From: Nanobdellota archaeon
GTDB lineage: Archaea; Nanobdellota; Nanobdellia; Pacearchaeales; GW2011-AR1
Direction of reading: 5' to 3'
Length of the DNA: 64,000 bases
Assembly (NCBI GenBank): GCA_038046005.1
Contig: JBBSXB010000005.1
Span: forward strand, 19,732-83,731
This document shows, piece after piece, positions 10,799-20,331 of the stretch; the stretch's first letter is position 1, and each line of letters starts with the position of its first letter. The notes under the pieces were generated by a model, which saw only the letters and a program-made list of their open reading frames with translations, was not told where the DNA came from and ran no database searches. Position numbers and translations under genes: made by a program.

Positions 10799-11200
10799 TT
10801 ATTGAACAATCACTGTGGCTTTCATTGAAGTATGGAAAGCGCAATGATATTTGTATGTTCCGGCTGTGTTGAACGTGTGGGAATACACTCCACCATTGCT
10901 TATAGTTCCAGAGTTAAGTTCGCTTCCAGAGTCAGATGTTACTGTGTGCGGTGCAGAATCCACATTTGTCTAATTTATGCTGTCACCTTTTTTTATTGTG
11001 ATTGTTAATGGGGAGAAAGCAAAATTTTGTATTTTTAAATGTAAAGTGGATGGGCCCTGAAATATTTTATTTATTTCGTTTTGTGTGGCACTTGTTACTG
11101 GGTTAATTTTTTCTCCTTTCTTGAAAGTTGAATTAAAAACTAAAAAAGAGACAACTATCAGCACTAGCATTATTCCAGAAATTATGAGTCCTTTTTTCAT
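10799..11200 (-). pseudogene. Cupredoxin (plastocyanin/amicyanin-like) interrupted by an in-frame TAG
   Basis: The frame continues after TAG (10970-10972) as TNVDSAPHTVT...YKYHCAFHTSMKATVIVQ, with the H/C/H/M copper ligands. Confidence 0.85.
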
Positions 11201-11250
11201 AAGTTGTTGAGGAGTATAGAATTTTTAAACTTTCAGAATTATAATAATTT

Positions 11251-11505
11251 CTGGAAAAAATTCTTCATTTAACTCTTAAGAAGAAATGGTTTGATCTTAT
11301 TTTATTTGGGAAAAAGAAAATTGAGTACAGAGATATAAAGCCTTATTGGACTAAAAGGTTTTTTGAGAATGGAGAGGCAAAGAAATTTGATTTTATAATT
11401 TTTAAAAATGGCTATGCTAAAAACTCACCAAAAATAAAAGTTGAGTTTTTAGGAATTATAAAAAATAAAATGTATGAGATTATTCTGGGAAGAGTTGTTG
11501 GATAA
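11251..11505 (+). CDS. ASCH-domain protein with a CTG start or lost ATG (absent from the ORF track)
   Basis: Hand translation (L)EKILHLTLKKKWFDLILFGKKKIEYRDIKPYWTKR...FKNGY; GxKxxEYR motif. Confidence 0.8.
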   Translation: MEKILHLTLKKKWFDLILFGKKKIEYRDIKPYWTKRFFENGEAKKFDFIIFKNGYAKNSPKIKVEFLGIIKNKMYEIILGRVVG

Positions 11506-11520
11506 AGAAATGAAATTTTA

Positions 11521-13128
11521 TTACATATTACCCATAATAACAGTGATATCGCTTATGTCTGTTCTGTTGTCATTGTTAACATCTAAATGTTTGTAGTTAT
11601 TCCAATCAATATTCTCACTATTTCTTCCCTGCCATCTTATTACTAAGACTAAATCAATTATATTCACTTTGCCATCTGAGTTTACGTCTGGGGAGTTTGG
11701 GGCAACTCCAGAAACATATTCATACCTTCCAATATCTGGTGCTGAACCACTCCAGTGTCTGCAATCTGTTAAATTACTTCCACCATTGCTGTCTGATAAT
11801 GCACAGTGGAAACCAGGAATGAATGTTCCGTTGTCTATAACAGGGCTGTTGTTTGCTAGCCTTAAAAAATTTGGATTTGCTGGATCTGTCGAGATGAAAA
11901 GAGGATTTTCCTCAATGCTGCCGTCTCCGTTTGCAGGGTTGCCTCCAGCACCATCCCAATATGAACGCCAACCAATAAGTGTGTAAAGTACACCATTCCA
12001 GCAAAAATGCCTGTTGTCTGTAGGATGATACAGCAAGTTATTTCCTTCAAAAAAGTTGGTTGCAGTACCACTTTCTCTGTTAGTTAATTCCCCTCCTTCA
12101 CTGCCGGCGCTGCAAAGTCCTCTATTACCATAATAAAGAATGTTGTTGTAAACTTTAGATCCATTCGTAACAACCTGATAAAAAGTATGGTGAAGGCCAT
12201 CACCTAAGACAATATTATTGAAATATCTTATATTTTGGCCAGGGAGGTAAGTAGTTGATGAAGACTGTCTGCTGCCTAAAGCATTCTCGCTAAAACTATA
12301 GATGACATTATCAAAAATGTCTATATTAATAGGTTGGGCAAAATGATATATTCCCTCACCAACATCATGAATAGTATTATTGTAAATTTTCAAGTTGGAG
12401 TCATGGCTTTTAAGCCAAATACCTCCGTGTTCATTGTAAATATGATTGTTTCTTATTATTGAATTGTTCAGACCATAAAACTCGATTCCTGCTCCTGTCC
12501 CAGAAAAACAAGTTGGATCTTTGTTATCATGGATTTTATTATTTTCTATGAGGACATTATTGAACATGCCGTAATCTACTCCTCCAAAAATTCCTCCAAG
12601 TATTCCTCCATTGTTGTTGCCCCCTGTTGAGCCTGCAACATTGTGGATATGTGAATTTCTGATTGTGATATCACTTGATCCTGTTGCTGCGAGTGTGATG
12701 CCCCTATAGCCATTACTTACATCTAAAGAGTCAAGTGTTATGTATGAGGCTCCAATCACAACAGCGTAAGTCAATGAATTTCCAGTAATGTTTGGCATGG
12801 GATCGCTAGGATATTTTGTGTAAGTAATTGGGTTGCCTGGAGAGCCTCCCCTATTAATGTTTAAAGTCCCTCTATCCCCAGATCCGAGAGGAATTCCAGA
12901 CAATTCGAAGTATGTTCCACTTCTAATATAAACAGTATCCCCCGGCATTGTTACGCTTTCCCCTTTATGAATAGTGCAAAAGGGAGATGATGCAGAAGTT
13001 CCAGCATTAGAATCACTACACACCCCACCAATAGAATCTTTGTCAACATAATAATTTGCAGCGCTAACAATGCCAATTAAAACAAAAAGTAATATTATTG
13101 CAAAAAATACCTTCTCTTTTTTTATCAT
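11521..13128 (-). CDS. Secreted right-handed beta-helix protein with C-terminal dockerin
   Basis: Signal peptide, YYV...G..PFCTI..PGDTVYIRSGTY, IxNNxIxD repeats, APDIGRYEY, DVNSDGKVNIIDL / DVNNDNRTDISDI. Confidence 0.85.
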   Translation of the reverse strand: MIKKEKVFFAIILLFVLIGIVSAANYYVDKDSIGGVCSDSNAGTSASSPFCTIHKGESVTMPGDTVYIRSGTYFELSGIPLGSGDRGTLNINRGGSPGNPITYTKYPSDPMPNITGNSLTYAVVIGASYITLDSLDVSNGYRGITLAATGSSDITIRNSHIHNVAGSTGGNNNGGILGGIFGGVDYGMFNNVLIENNKIHDNKDPTCFSGTGAGIEFYGLNNSIIRNNHIYNEHGGIWLKSHDSNLKIYNNTIHDVGEGIYHFAQPINIDIFDNVIYSFSENALGSRQSSSTTYLPGQNIRYFNNIVLGDGLHHTFYQVVTNGSKVYNNILYYGNRGLCSAGSEGGELTNRESGTATNFFEGNNLLYHPTDNRHFCWNGVLYTLIGWRSYWDGAGGNPANGDGSIEENPLFISTDPANPNFLRLANNSPVIDNGTFIPGFHCALSDSNGGSNLTDCRHWSGSAPDIGRYEYVSGVAPNSPDVNSDGKVNIIDLVLVIRWQGRNSENIDWNNYKHLDVNNDNRTDISDITVIMGNM

Positions 13129-13173
13129 ACAAAATATAATAAATCTTGGTTAATAAATATTTTTGTTATAGAA

Positions 13174-13476
13174 TTAATAATCAGGCAGCTCTTCTTCGTT
13201 CTTGAGAGTTTTTTGAGGCTTGCCTTTTGGCTTGTATTCGCCCTTAACACTTTCTGCAGGTGCTTCAAGTTCGCTTAAAGGAACAGAGTTTATCATCTCT
13301 CTGAATTTTACAAAATGCTCTGCGGGAACTCTTGTGCCTGCTTTTGTGAATCCTGTATATTTTTCAGATGTAACGAACTCTCTTATAGTTACTCCCTTTC
13401 TTCCTCCAAAGTCATCTATTCTTACAAGAATATCTGTCGTTGCGTTTTTTTGGATTTTTCCTATGTCTTTGTCCAT
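13174..13476 (-). CDS. PC4/Sub1-like ssDNA-binding protein
   Basis: VRIDDFGGRKGVTIREF...GFTKAG pattern. Confidence 0.7.
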   Translation of the reverse strand: MDKDIGKIQKNATTDILVRIDDFGGRKGVTIREFVTSEKYTGFTKAGTRVPAEHFVKFREMINSVPLSELEAPAESVKGEYKPKGKPQKTLKNEEELPDY

Positions 13477-13558
13477 TGATAATTGAGAAATGCTTTATTT
13501 TTAAATTGTTCTATTCAACTGCATATATGTTTTTATATTGGCTTTTGTGGATTAGCAA

Positions 13559-14416
13559 ATGGAAACAGGAAGGGTTACTTCTCCAGGGGCTGAAGAAGAT
13601 TTAGGGAAGGAATTTAGAGTTTTAGACAGAGGATTTGTTAGGCTTGTTAATTATATGGGTGATGACTCTTCTATTGTACAGGCCGCTAGAGTTTCTTATG
13701 GTGCGGGAACCAAAAAAGCTCATGAAGATAGAGGTTTGATAAGATATTTGATGAGACACAGACACACGACTCCGTTTGAAATGGTTGAGTTTCAGTGGCA
13801 TGTTAAACTTCCTATTTTTGTTGCAAGGCAGTGGATAAGACACAGGACAGCCAATGTTAATGAATATTCAGGAAGATATTCTGTTATGAAAGAGGAATTT
13901 TATATTCCTAACGAAGATAGAGTTCAGCTACAAAGTCAGTCAAACAAACAGGGATCAGAAGGAGAGGTGTCTCCAGAATTAAGGGAGAGATTTCTTAGTG
14001 TTCTATTGGTTGATGCGCAGCTAAATTTTGATCACTATAAAGAATTTGAGCAATCAGATATTGCAAGAGAGCTGGTAAGAATTGGACTCCCACTTTCAAC
14101 TTACACTGAATGGTATTGGAAAATTGACTTGCATAATTTGTTTCATTTTTTAAATTTAAGATTAGACAAACATGCTCAGGAAGAAATTAGATTATATTCC
14201 GAGGTTATGGCTAATACTGTCAAGAAAGCTATGCCTGTTGCTTATGAGGCCTTTGAAGATTATGTTTTAAATTCAGTTAGTTTGTCTGGATTAGAAATAG
14301 AAGTTATTAAAGGTGTTTTGAATGGGAATCCATTTAATGCTGCTTTGGAAAATTCAGAGCTTTCAAAAAGAGAAAAAACCGAGTTTTTAGAAAAGTGGAG
14401 AAAATTAAGTGTATAA
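13559..14416 (+). CDS. thyX: FAD-dependent thymidylate synthase
   Basis: HTTPFE, ARQWIRHRTANVNEYSGRY (RHRx7S), HAQEEIR. Confidence 0.97.
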   Translation: METGRVTSPGAEEDLGKEFRVLDRGFVRLVNYMGDDSSIVQAARVSYGAGTKKAHEDRGLIRYLMRHRHTTPFEMVEFQWHVKLPIFVARQWIRHRTANVNEYSGRYSVMKEEFYIPNEDRVQLQSQSNKQGSEGEVSPELRERFLSVLLVDAQLNFDHYKEFEQSDIARELVRIGLPLSTYTEWYWKIDLHNLFHFLNLRLDKHAQEEIRLYSEVMANTVKKAMPVAYEAFEDYVLNSVSLSGLEIEVIKGVLNGNPFNAALENSELSKREKTEFLEKWRKLSV

Positions 14417-15010
14417 TTAAATCAAACTTGCTTTTATTATCTTGACTTCATTTACAGGCCTGTCATTTGAATCTGTTTCAACTTTTGATATTGCATCAAT
14501 GACATCCATTCCTTGTATGACTTCTCCAAATGCGGGGTGTTTTGTGTCTAAGAAATTATTATTTACTGTGTTTATGAAGAATTGGCTTCCTCCTGTATTT
14601 GGACCGGAGTTTGCCATTGATATTGTTCCTCTGTTGTTTTTGTTTCCGCCTTCGTGGGTAAATTCATCTTTAATGCTGTATCCTGGACCGCCTGTTCCCC
14701 ATAAATAAGATTTTGATTTGTCTTTTGTCAATGGATCTCCGGTTTGTAACATGAATCCATCAATTATTCTGTGGAATAAAACTCCGTCATAAAAACCCTG
14801 GCTCACAAGTTTTTCAAAATTTTCAGTTGTAATAGGCATGTCATCATAAAGCTGTATCACAAAATTTCCTTCTGATGTCTCAAATTTTATTTTTGTTGAA
14901 TCATCCATTGTTGTTTTTCCCGTAGTGTTTCCTGTTATTTTTCCTTTTCCAAAAACAAAAAATGCAATTAACAACACTGCAACAATAACAAGTATTGCAC
15001 TTATTTTCAT
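14417..15010 (-). CDS. Cyclophilin-type peptidyl-prolyl isomerase with N-terminal anchor
   Basis: FHRIIDGFMLQTGDP, SMANSGPNTGGSQFFIN. Confidence 0.95.
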   Translation of the reverse strand: MKISAILVIVAVLLIAFFVFGKGKITGNTTGKTTMDDSTKIKFETSEGNFVIQLYDDMPITTENFEKLVSQGFYDGVLFHRIIDGFMLQTGDPLTKDKSKSYLWGTGGPGYSIKDEFTHEGGNKNNRGTISMANSGPNTGGSQFFINTVNNNFLDTKHPAFGEVIQGMDVIDAISKVETDSNDRPVNEVKIIKASLI

Positions 15011-15032
15011 AAGATATCTTATAAATTTATCT

Positions 15033-15293
15033 TTATAAGGATTTTGGATTTAGTTTTGATAATAAAGAATTAACCTTATCCAGATTCTTATCCTCTGCAG
15101 CTCTTTCTAAAGAGGAGTAATAATCTTTAGATACATCAAATCTATCAAATGGGAAATCTAAGACCCCACAGCTTTCATCATCAACCATTAAACATACTCC
15201 TTCTTGAGTCACACTTATTATCTCAATTCTCCCAACAACAGAATAGCAAGTTCCCCAAGTGCCTGTTTCATATTTTCTTAATTCCATGAACAT
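15033..15293 (-). CDS. Hypothetical protein
   Basis: 86-aa ORF filling the gap, co-oriented with neighbours. Confidence 0.55.
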   Translation of the reverse strand: MFMELRKYETGTWGTCYSVVGRIEIISVTQEGVCLMVDDESCGVLDFPFDRFDVSKDYYSSLERAAEDKNLDKVNSLLSKLNPKSL

Positions 15294-15360
15294 TGAAGAA
15301 AAAAGAAGTTTAAATTAATTTATATTTAGGGTTTATAAGTTTTGGGAATTTAAATTTCAA

Positions 15361-16827
15361 TCACATATTACCCATAACAATCTGCACGTCATTCCAATTA
15401 ATTAAAGTATCATTGTTTAAATCCAAATGAGCATAATTTCCTGTTGATAGTCTTCCTTGATTAAAAATTACAATTGACAAATCTTTGACATTGATTAATC
15501 CGTCGGAGTTTACATCGGGAGAGTTTTGCTGACTTTGTGTTTGGCCAGCATAGTATCCCATATTAACACAAGGACTTCCGGTTGTAGGTTTTAGAAAGTC
15601 CAAACTCGAAGGATTGGTTGAAATCAATTGCGGGTCTGCAAATAATGAATTCACATCCAAATTAAATAACTGTTGTGCTTGGGTGAACGAATATAAATTT
15701 CCGCCTGAGCCAAGATATTGCAGGAAAGTTCTCGTGCTTGGAGTATAATAGATGCAGTTGTTATCTGAATGTATGCTTAAAATTGAAGCTTGCATTGGAT
15801 CATACGGCGCATAATCTGCACAGTTAGTACCATATTTGCAGACATTATACATACCTTCAACACCAATGCACTGGTAGAAAATATTTTCTTGTATTGTAAG
15901 ATTTTTTCCCTCCCAATACAATAACGTCTGCCCGCAGGAAACAAAAGTATTGTATTCAATTGTTGAATTTTGATTATTATATGTAGCAGGATTTGCAAAA
16001 TCCGCTGGTCCTCCATAAGAATCGATTGCATTTTGAGTGATGTTAAATAAGAGGTTATGATGAAAATGAGTATTCCTATTTCTTATTTTCGTGCCTTGAT
16101 AGTTGTTGTAAATAGTATTATTGTAAATTTCTAAACCCCCCACTCCAGGATGTTTCTGGAAAATACCAGTAACCTGGCTGTCATGAATGATATTATTTCG
16201 AATAGTAATGTTTTGTGAATCATGGATGTAATCAGGAGAGTGAATCGTAATATCTCCACAATTGTCACCAAAAGAATCTGCATTATGGACATTGTTATTT
16301 TCTATTAGGGCATTATTGGTGTACCAAAATTGTATCTGTCCGTCAGTGCCATCACAGTTCATTGTGGTTCCATAAACTTCCAGATTGCGAACAACAATAT
16401 CATTGCCATATTCTACCTTGAGTGAAGAAGCTCCAACTGTTCCAGTTTCTTGTCCATTTCTAATAACCAAATTCTCAACATTGACGAAGTTTGGAAAGCT
16501 AAGCCACATTGCAGGAAAAACATGATTACCATCTACTATTGCTGTTTCACCAGGATATCCTGTTATAATAATATGATTCTGAGCATTCCCAGTAAGTGTA
16601 TCTCTTCTTGTATTCTCAATATATGTTCCTCCTCGAATGTAAAGAACATCACCAGGAACACCAATTGCATTTAATCCTCTTTGAACAGTTCTAAATGGAG
16701 ATGCTAAAGTTCCAGGATTGGTGTCAAGCCCGGTTGTTGAAACATAATAATCTGTTGCAGAAATAAATGAGATAGTTGCAAACAAAAATAATCCTAAAAT
16801 AACTAATTTTAACCTCTTATTCATCAT
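15361..16827 (-). CDS. Secreted right-handed beta-helix protein with C-terminal dockerin (paralog of 11521-13128)
   Basis: YYVSTTGLDTNPGT..PFRT, PGDVLYIRGGTY, beta-helix repeats, NSPDVNSDG...HLDLNND...MGNM. Confidence 0.85.
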   Translation of the reverse strand: MMNKRLKLVILGLFLFATISFISATDYYVSTTGLDTNPGTLASPFRTVQRGLNAIGVPGDVLYIRGGTYIENTRRDTLTGNAQNHIIITGYPGETAIVDGNHVFPAMWLSFPNFVNVENLVIRNGQETGTVGASSLKVEYGNDIVVRNLEVYGTTMNCDGTDGQIQFWYTNNALIENNNVHNADSFGDNCGDITIHSPDYIHDSQNITIRNNIIHDSQVTGIFQKHPGVGGLEIYNNTIYNNYQGTKIRNRNTHFHHNLLFNITQNAIDSYGGPADFANPATYNNQNSTIEYNTFVSCGQTLLYWEGKNLTIQENIFYQCIGVEGMYNVCKYGTNCADYAPYDPMQASILSIHSDNNCIYYTPSTRTFLQYLGSGGNLYSFTQAQQLFNLDVNSLFADPQLISTNPSSLDFLKPTTGSPCVNMGYYAGQTQSQQNSPDVNSDGLINVKDLSIVIFNQGRLSTGNYAHLDLNNDTLINWNDVQIVMGNM

Positions 16828-16880
16828 ACAAAATACAACAAATCTCTATTAATAAATATTCTCGTTGTTAATCTTGGGAA

Positions 16881-17201
16881 TTAATATTTGTAGAACTGGA
16901 CACTGGCTATTCTAGTTTCTTTTCCAGCCTCATCTTCAAATTCTCCTTCTGTGTATCCATTTGCATCAGGACAATTAGACTCACGCAGTTTCCAAACCTC
17001 AAGATGTATCAAACCTTCTCCGTAGTTTCTATGTATTTTTACTGTCTTTGGTTCTCCGATTTTTTCTGGGTGGACAACTAAATTTGTTTTGGTCACTCTG
17101 AACACTTCCTCATCGTGTACGAGCTTGTTAAGATGTATCATAGATATTGCCGAAACTGAGAATATATAAATATTATTGCAATTAATTTCACAACGCTTCA
17201 A
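16881..17201 (-). CDS. Hypothetical protein (start probably at the downstream MIHLNK)
   Basis: ORF fills the gap; no motif recognised. Confidence 0.5.
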   Translation of the reverse strand: MKRCEINCNNIYIFSVSAISMIHLNKLVHDEEVFRVTKTNLVVHPEKIGEPKTVKIHRNYGEGLIHLEVWKLRESNCPDANGYTEGEFEDEAGKETRIASVQFYKY

Positions 17202-17283
17202 ACCACATGCTTATATAAGCAAATAAATATCTAAAAATTGTTTGGAAAATCATTTTGTTTTTGCCTCTTGTTTTTGTTTTTAA

Positions 17284-17592
17284 TCAATCTTTCATCTCAA
17301 TTTTTATGTTGATGTTTTTAGGGATTTTCATCCTCATTATGTGATGCAGAATTTTTTCATTTGCTGGAAGGTCAATAAGCCTTTTGTGGATTCTCATCTC
17401 AAATCTATCAAAAGTTGCTGTACCATTACCACACGGAGATTTTCTTGTAGTTATCTTAAGCTTCTGAGTTGGCAAAGGAACTGGTCCACTTACCATTATG
17501 CCTGATTTTTTTGCAATATCGCTGATAGATGTGCATATTTCGTTCAACATGCCTATATCTGTGCTATCAAGTTTTATTCTTACTTTACCCAT
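17284..17592 (-). CDS. rpsJ: 30S ribosomal protein uS10
   Basis: GPVPLPT, RKSPCGNG..TFDRFEMRIHKRLID. Confidence 0.97.
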   Translation of the reverse strand: MGKVRIKLDSTDIGMLNEICTSISDIAKKSGIMVSGPVPLPTQKLKITTRKSPCGNGTATFDRFEMRIHKRLIDLPANEKILHHIMRMKIPKNINIKIEMKD

Positions 17593-17629
17593 ATCTTAAA
17601 TCCTCGAAATTAGTTTAAAAACCTTTTTA

Positions 17630-20269
17630 TCAATCTGCATTTTCATTCCAGAAGTGTTTTTTGTTATTAAAGTGTTTAAGGGTGTCAAATAGCGCAAAAA
17701 ATACAAATGCGGCGCTGAGAACAATAATCCAATCATTAATACCAATTGGAGCGGTTGCGAACAAGGAGCTTACTGGTGTATATATTATGACTAAAGTTGC
17801 CAGTATTGACACTGCTGAGGCATATGCCAAATATTTATTTACCAAAGGAGATCTTGTCAAAACCCCTTTTCTAAATGATCTAAAGTTAAATGCTCCTGCA
17901 ACTTCCACAATTATCAAGGTTGCTAGGGCAGTTGTTCTAGCATAATCGAGGGGCTGGTGTAAAACACTATAAGTTAGGAAAAAGACCGAAAGTGTAAGCA
18001 AGCACATTATCAATCCTGAAAAGGCTATTAACATATACAATTTACTGTTTAGCAAATTTGAGTTTTTTAGACCCCTACCTTCCATGATGTCATCAGATGA
18101 AGGGTTTAATCCAAGTGTCAATGATGGAAGATTATCCGTAACAAGATTCATGAATAAAATGTGCAATGCGAGTAGAAGCGGAATTGGCCAGCCTATTAAT
18201 GGGGCGAGTAAAACTCCGAAAAAAAGAATTGCTAACTCGGCATGGTTGCAGGACAATTGGTAACTTACAAATTTTCTTATGTTATAAAAAATTGTCCTTC
18301 CTTCTTTTATTGCATCAACTATCGTTGCGAAATTATCATCTCTTAAAGTCAGATCAGCAACAGATCTTGAAACGTCTGTGCCATTTTTTCCCATTGCAAC
18401 CCCAATGTGGGCTTCTTTGAGTGCAGGAGCGTCGTTGACTCCATCTCCAGTCATCGTTACGATTTCTCCATTTTGTTTTAGAATTTTGACAATCCTCAAC
18501 TTATGCTCTGGTTTGACTCTGGCAAATATTGTTATGTCTTTTATTATTTTTGCGAGATTTTCGTCGCTGATTTCATCAATTTCCTGACCTGTAAAAACTC
18601 TCTTATATTCAAGGCCTATCTGTCTTGCGATGGATATCGCAGTTTCTTTGTTGTCTCCCGTAATCATCTTTACACTTATTCCAGCTCTTACACATATTGC
18701 AAGTGCATTTTTTATTTCTTCACGAGGAGGATCTTCCAATGCAATTATCCCAAGGAAAATTAATTCTTCTTCCATTTTTAAAAAACTATTTTTTTTGTAT
18801 GCAATCCCTAGAGTTCTGTAAGTGTTTGAGGTTAGTCTATGATTGTTTTCAAGAATTCTTGCTTTTTCTTTTTCCAATAGCTTGTAAATTCCATCTTCTT
18901 TTTTTATTTGCGTGCATTTTGAAAGAATAATTTCTAAAGCCCCCTTTACATAGACTGTTTTTTCTTTTCCTTCTTTTGCGAGCACACTCATTATTTTTCT
19001 TTCAGAGCTGAATGGTATTTCTTCCTCAATGCTGAACTTCAAATCTTCTTTAAAAATTCCTGCTTTTACAGCAGCAATCAAAAGTGCTGCTTCTGTTGAA
19101 GTGCCAATTGGCTTGAAAATCATATCATCGCCGGTTCTTGAAATTATGGCGTCATTGCAGATTGTTGATGCTTTCAGAATTAAACTGAGATTTTCCTGTT
19201 TTGCTAAATCTACATTTTGCGAGTTGAGAGTAAATTTTCCATTTCCTTCATAACCAACGCCAGATACATCATATTCTCTTTGTCCAGTCAAAATTTTTTT
19301 TACAGTCATTTCTCCTTTTGTTATTGTTCCAGTTTTGTCAGAACATATAACTGTTGTCTCTCCAAGTGTTTCTATTATTGAAATTCTGTTGACAATTGCA
19401 TTTTTTTTCGCCATCCTGTAAGCTCCAATTGACAAAGTGGACATTAGGGCTACAGGCATCCCCTCAGGGACAGCCGATACAGATATTGCAATAACCAAAA
19501 TTAAAATTTCTATTACATTCTCTTTTGATACTGGATAAGTTTGAGCAAGAGTTATTAATCCTGTTAAAACTGCAACAATAACTGCGACGAGTGCCATGTA
19601 CTTAGATATTTTGTTTACTTTTCCTCTTAATGGGAGATCTTTTTCTGCTTTAGAGATCATGCTTGCTATTTTCCCAAACTGAGTTGACATTCCTGTTTTT
19701 AAAACTTTGACCATACATTTTCCGCTTATTATATATGAACCCATTAAGAGGGTATTCTCATCAGAATATTTTTCAGAGTTTTTTGCAGCGCTTTTTTTTA
19801 TTTCCCTTGATTCTCCCGTTAAAACTGACTCATCAACAAGAAGGCTTTTTTCTCCCAAGATAACGCAGTCGGCAGGAATTCTTTCACCATTCCTTAATAC
19901 CAAAACATCCCCTGGAACAATTTCATTAGAATAAATTTCTTTTTCTCTACCACCCCTTATTACAATTGTGGTAGGCATAATCATTTTTCTTAAAGCGTTG
20001 ATTGCTTTTTCTGCTTTGTATTCCTGGATAAATCCCACAATTATTACTATTGCAATAACTGCAAGTATTATGTAAGCTGTGACCATTTTTTCGACTATAA
20101 AAGAAATTATGAAGGCGGCTAGAAGAAGATAAATCATGAAGTTGCCCTTTATCTGCCTCAAAAGAATTTCAAAAACAGAAATTTTATTTACTTCTTCTAT
20201 TTCATTCTTTCCATATTTTTCTAAAAGCGTTTTTGCCTCTTCTTCTTCCAACCCATTCTCTTTCAACAT
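17630..20269 (-). CDS. Cation-transporting P-type ATPase (type IIA-like)
   Basis: TGES, VPEGMP, DKTGTIT, GDGVNDAPAL, MNLVTD; start at MLKENG. Confidence 0.92.
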   Translation of the reverse strand: MLKENGLEEEEAKTLLEKYGKNEIEEVNKISVFEILLRQIKGNFMIYLLLAAFIISFIVEKMVTAYIILAVIAIVIIVGFIQEYKAEKAINALRKMIMPTTIVIRGGREKEIYSNEIVPGDVLVLRNGERIPADCVILGEKSLLVDESVLTGESREIKKSAAKNSEKYSDENTLLMGSYIISGKCMVKVLKTGMSTQFGKIASMISKAEKDLPLRGKVNKISKYMALVAVIVAVLTGLITLAQTYPVSKENVIEILILVIAISVSAVPEGMPVALMSTLSIGAYRMAKKNAIVNRISIIETLGETTVICSDKTGTITKGEMTVKKILTGQREYDVSGVGYEGNGKFTLNSQNVDLAKQENLSLILKASTICNDAIISRTGDDMIFKPIGTSTEAALLIAAVKAGIFKEDLKFSIEEEIPFSSERKIMSVLAKEGKEKTVYVKGALEIILSKCTQIKKEDGIYKLLEKEKARILENNHRLTSNTYRTLGIAYKKNSFLKMEEELIFLGIIALEDPPREEIKNALAICVRAGISVKMITGDNKETAISIARQIGLEYKRVFTGQEIDEISDENLAKIIKDITIFARVKPEHKLRIVKILKQNGEIVTMTGDGVNDAPALKEAHIGVAMGKNGTDVSRSVADLTLRDDNFATIVDAIKEGRTIFYNIRKFVSYQLSCNHAELAILFFGVLLAPLIGWPIPLLLALHILFMNLVTDNLPSLTLGLNPSSDDIMEGRGLKNSNLLNSKLYMLIAFSGLIMCLLTLSVFFLTYSVLHQPLDYARTTALATLIIVEVAGAFNFRSFRKGVLTRSPLVNKYLAYASAVSILATLVIIYTPVSSLFATAPIGINDWIIVLSAAFVFFALFDTLKHFNNKKHFWNENAD

Positions 20270-20331
20270 TAGATTAATAAATATACCAAACTTATAAATT
20301 TTAGGTAAAACAAAAAGAGGCGCTGAAATCA

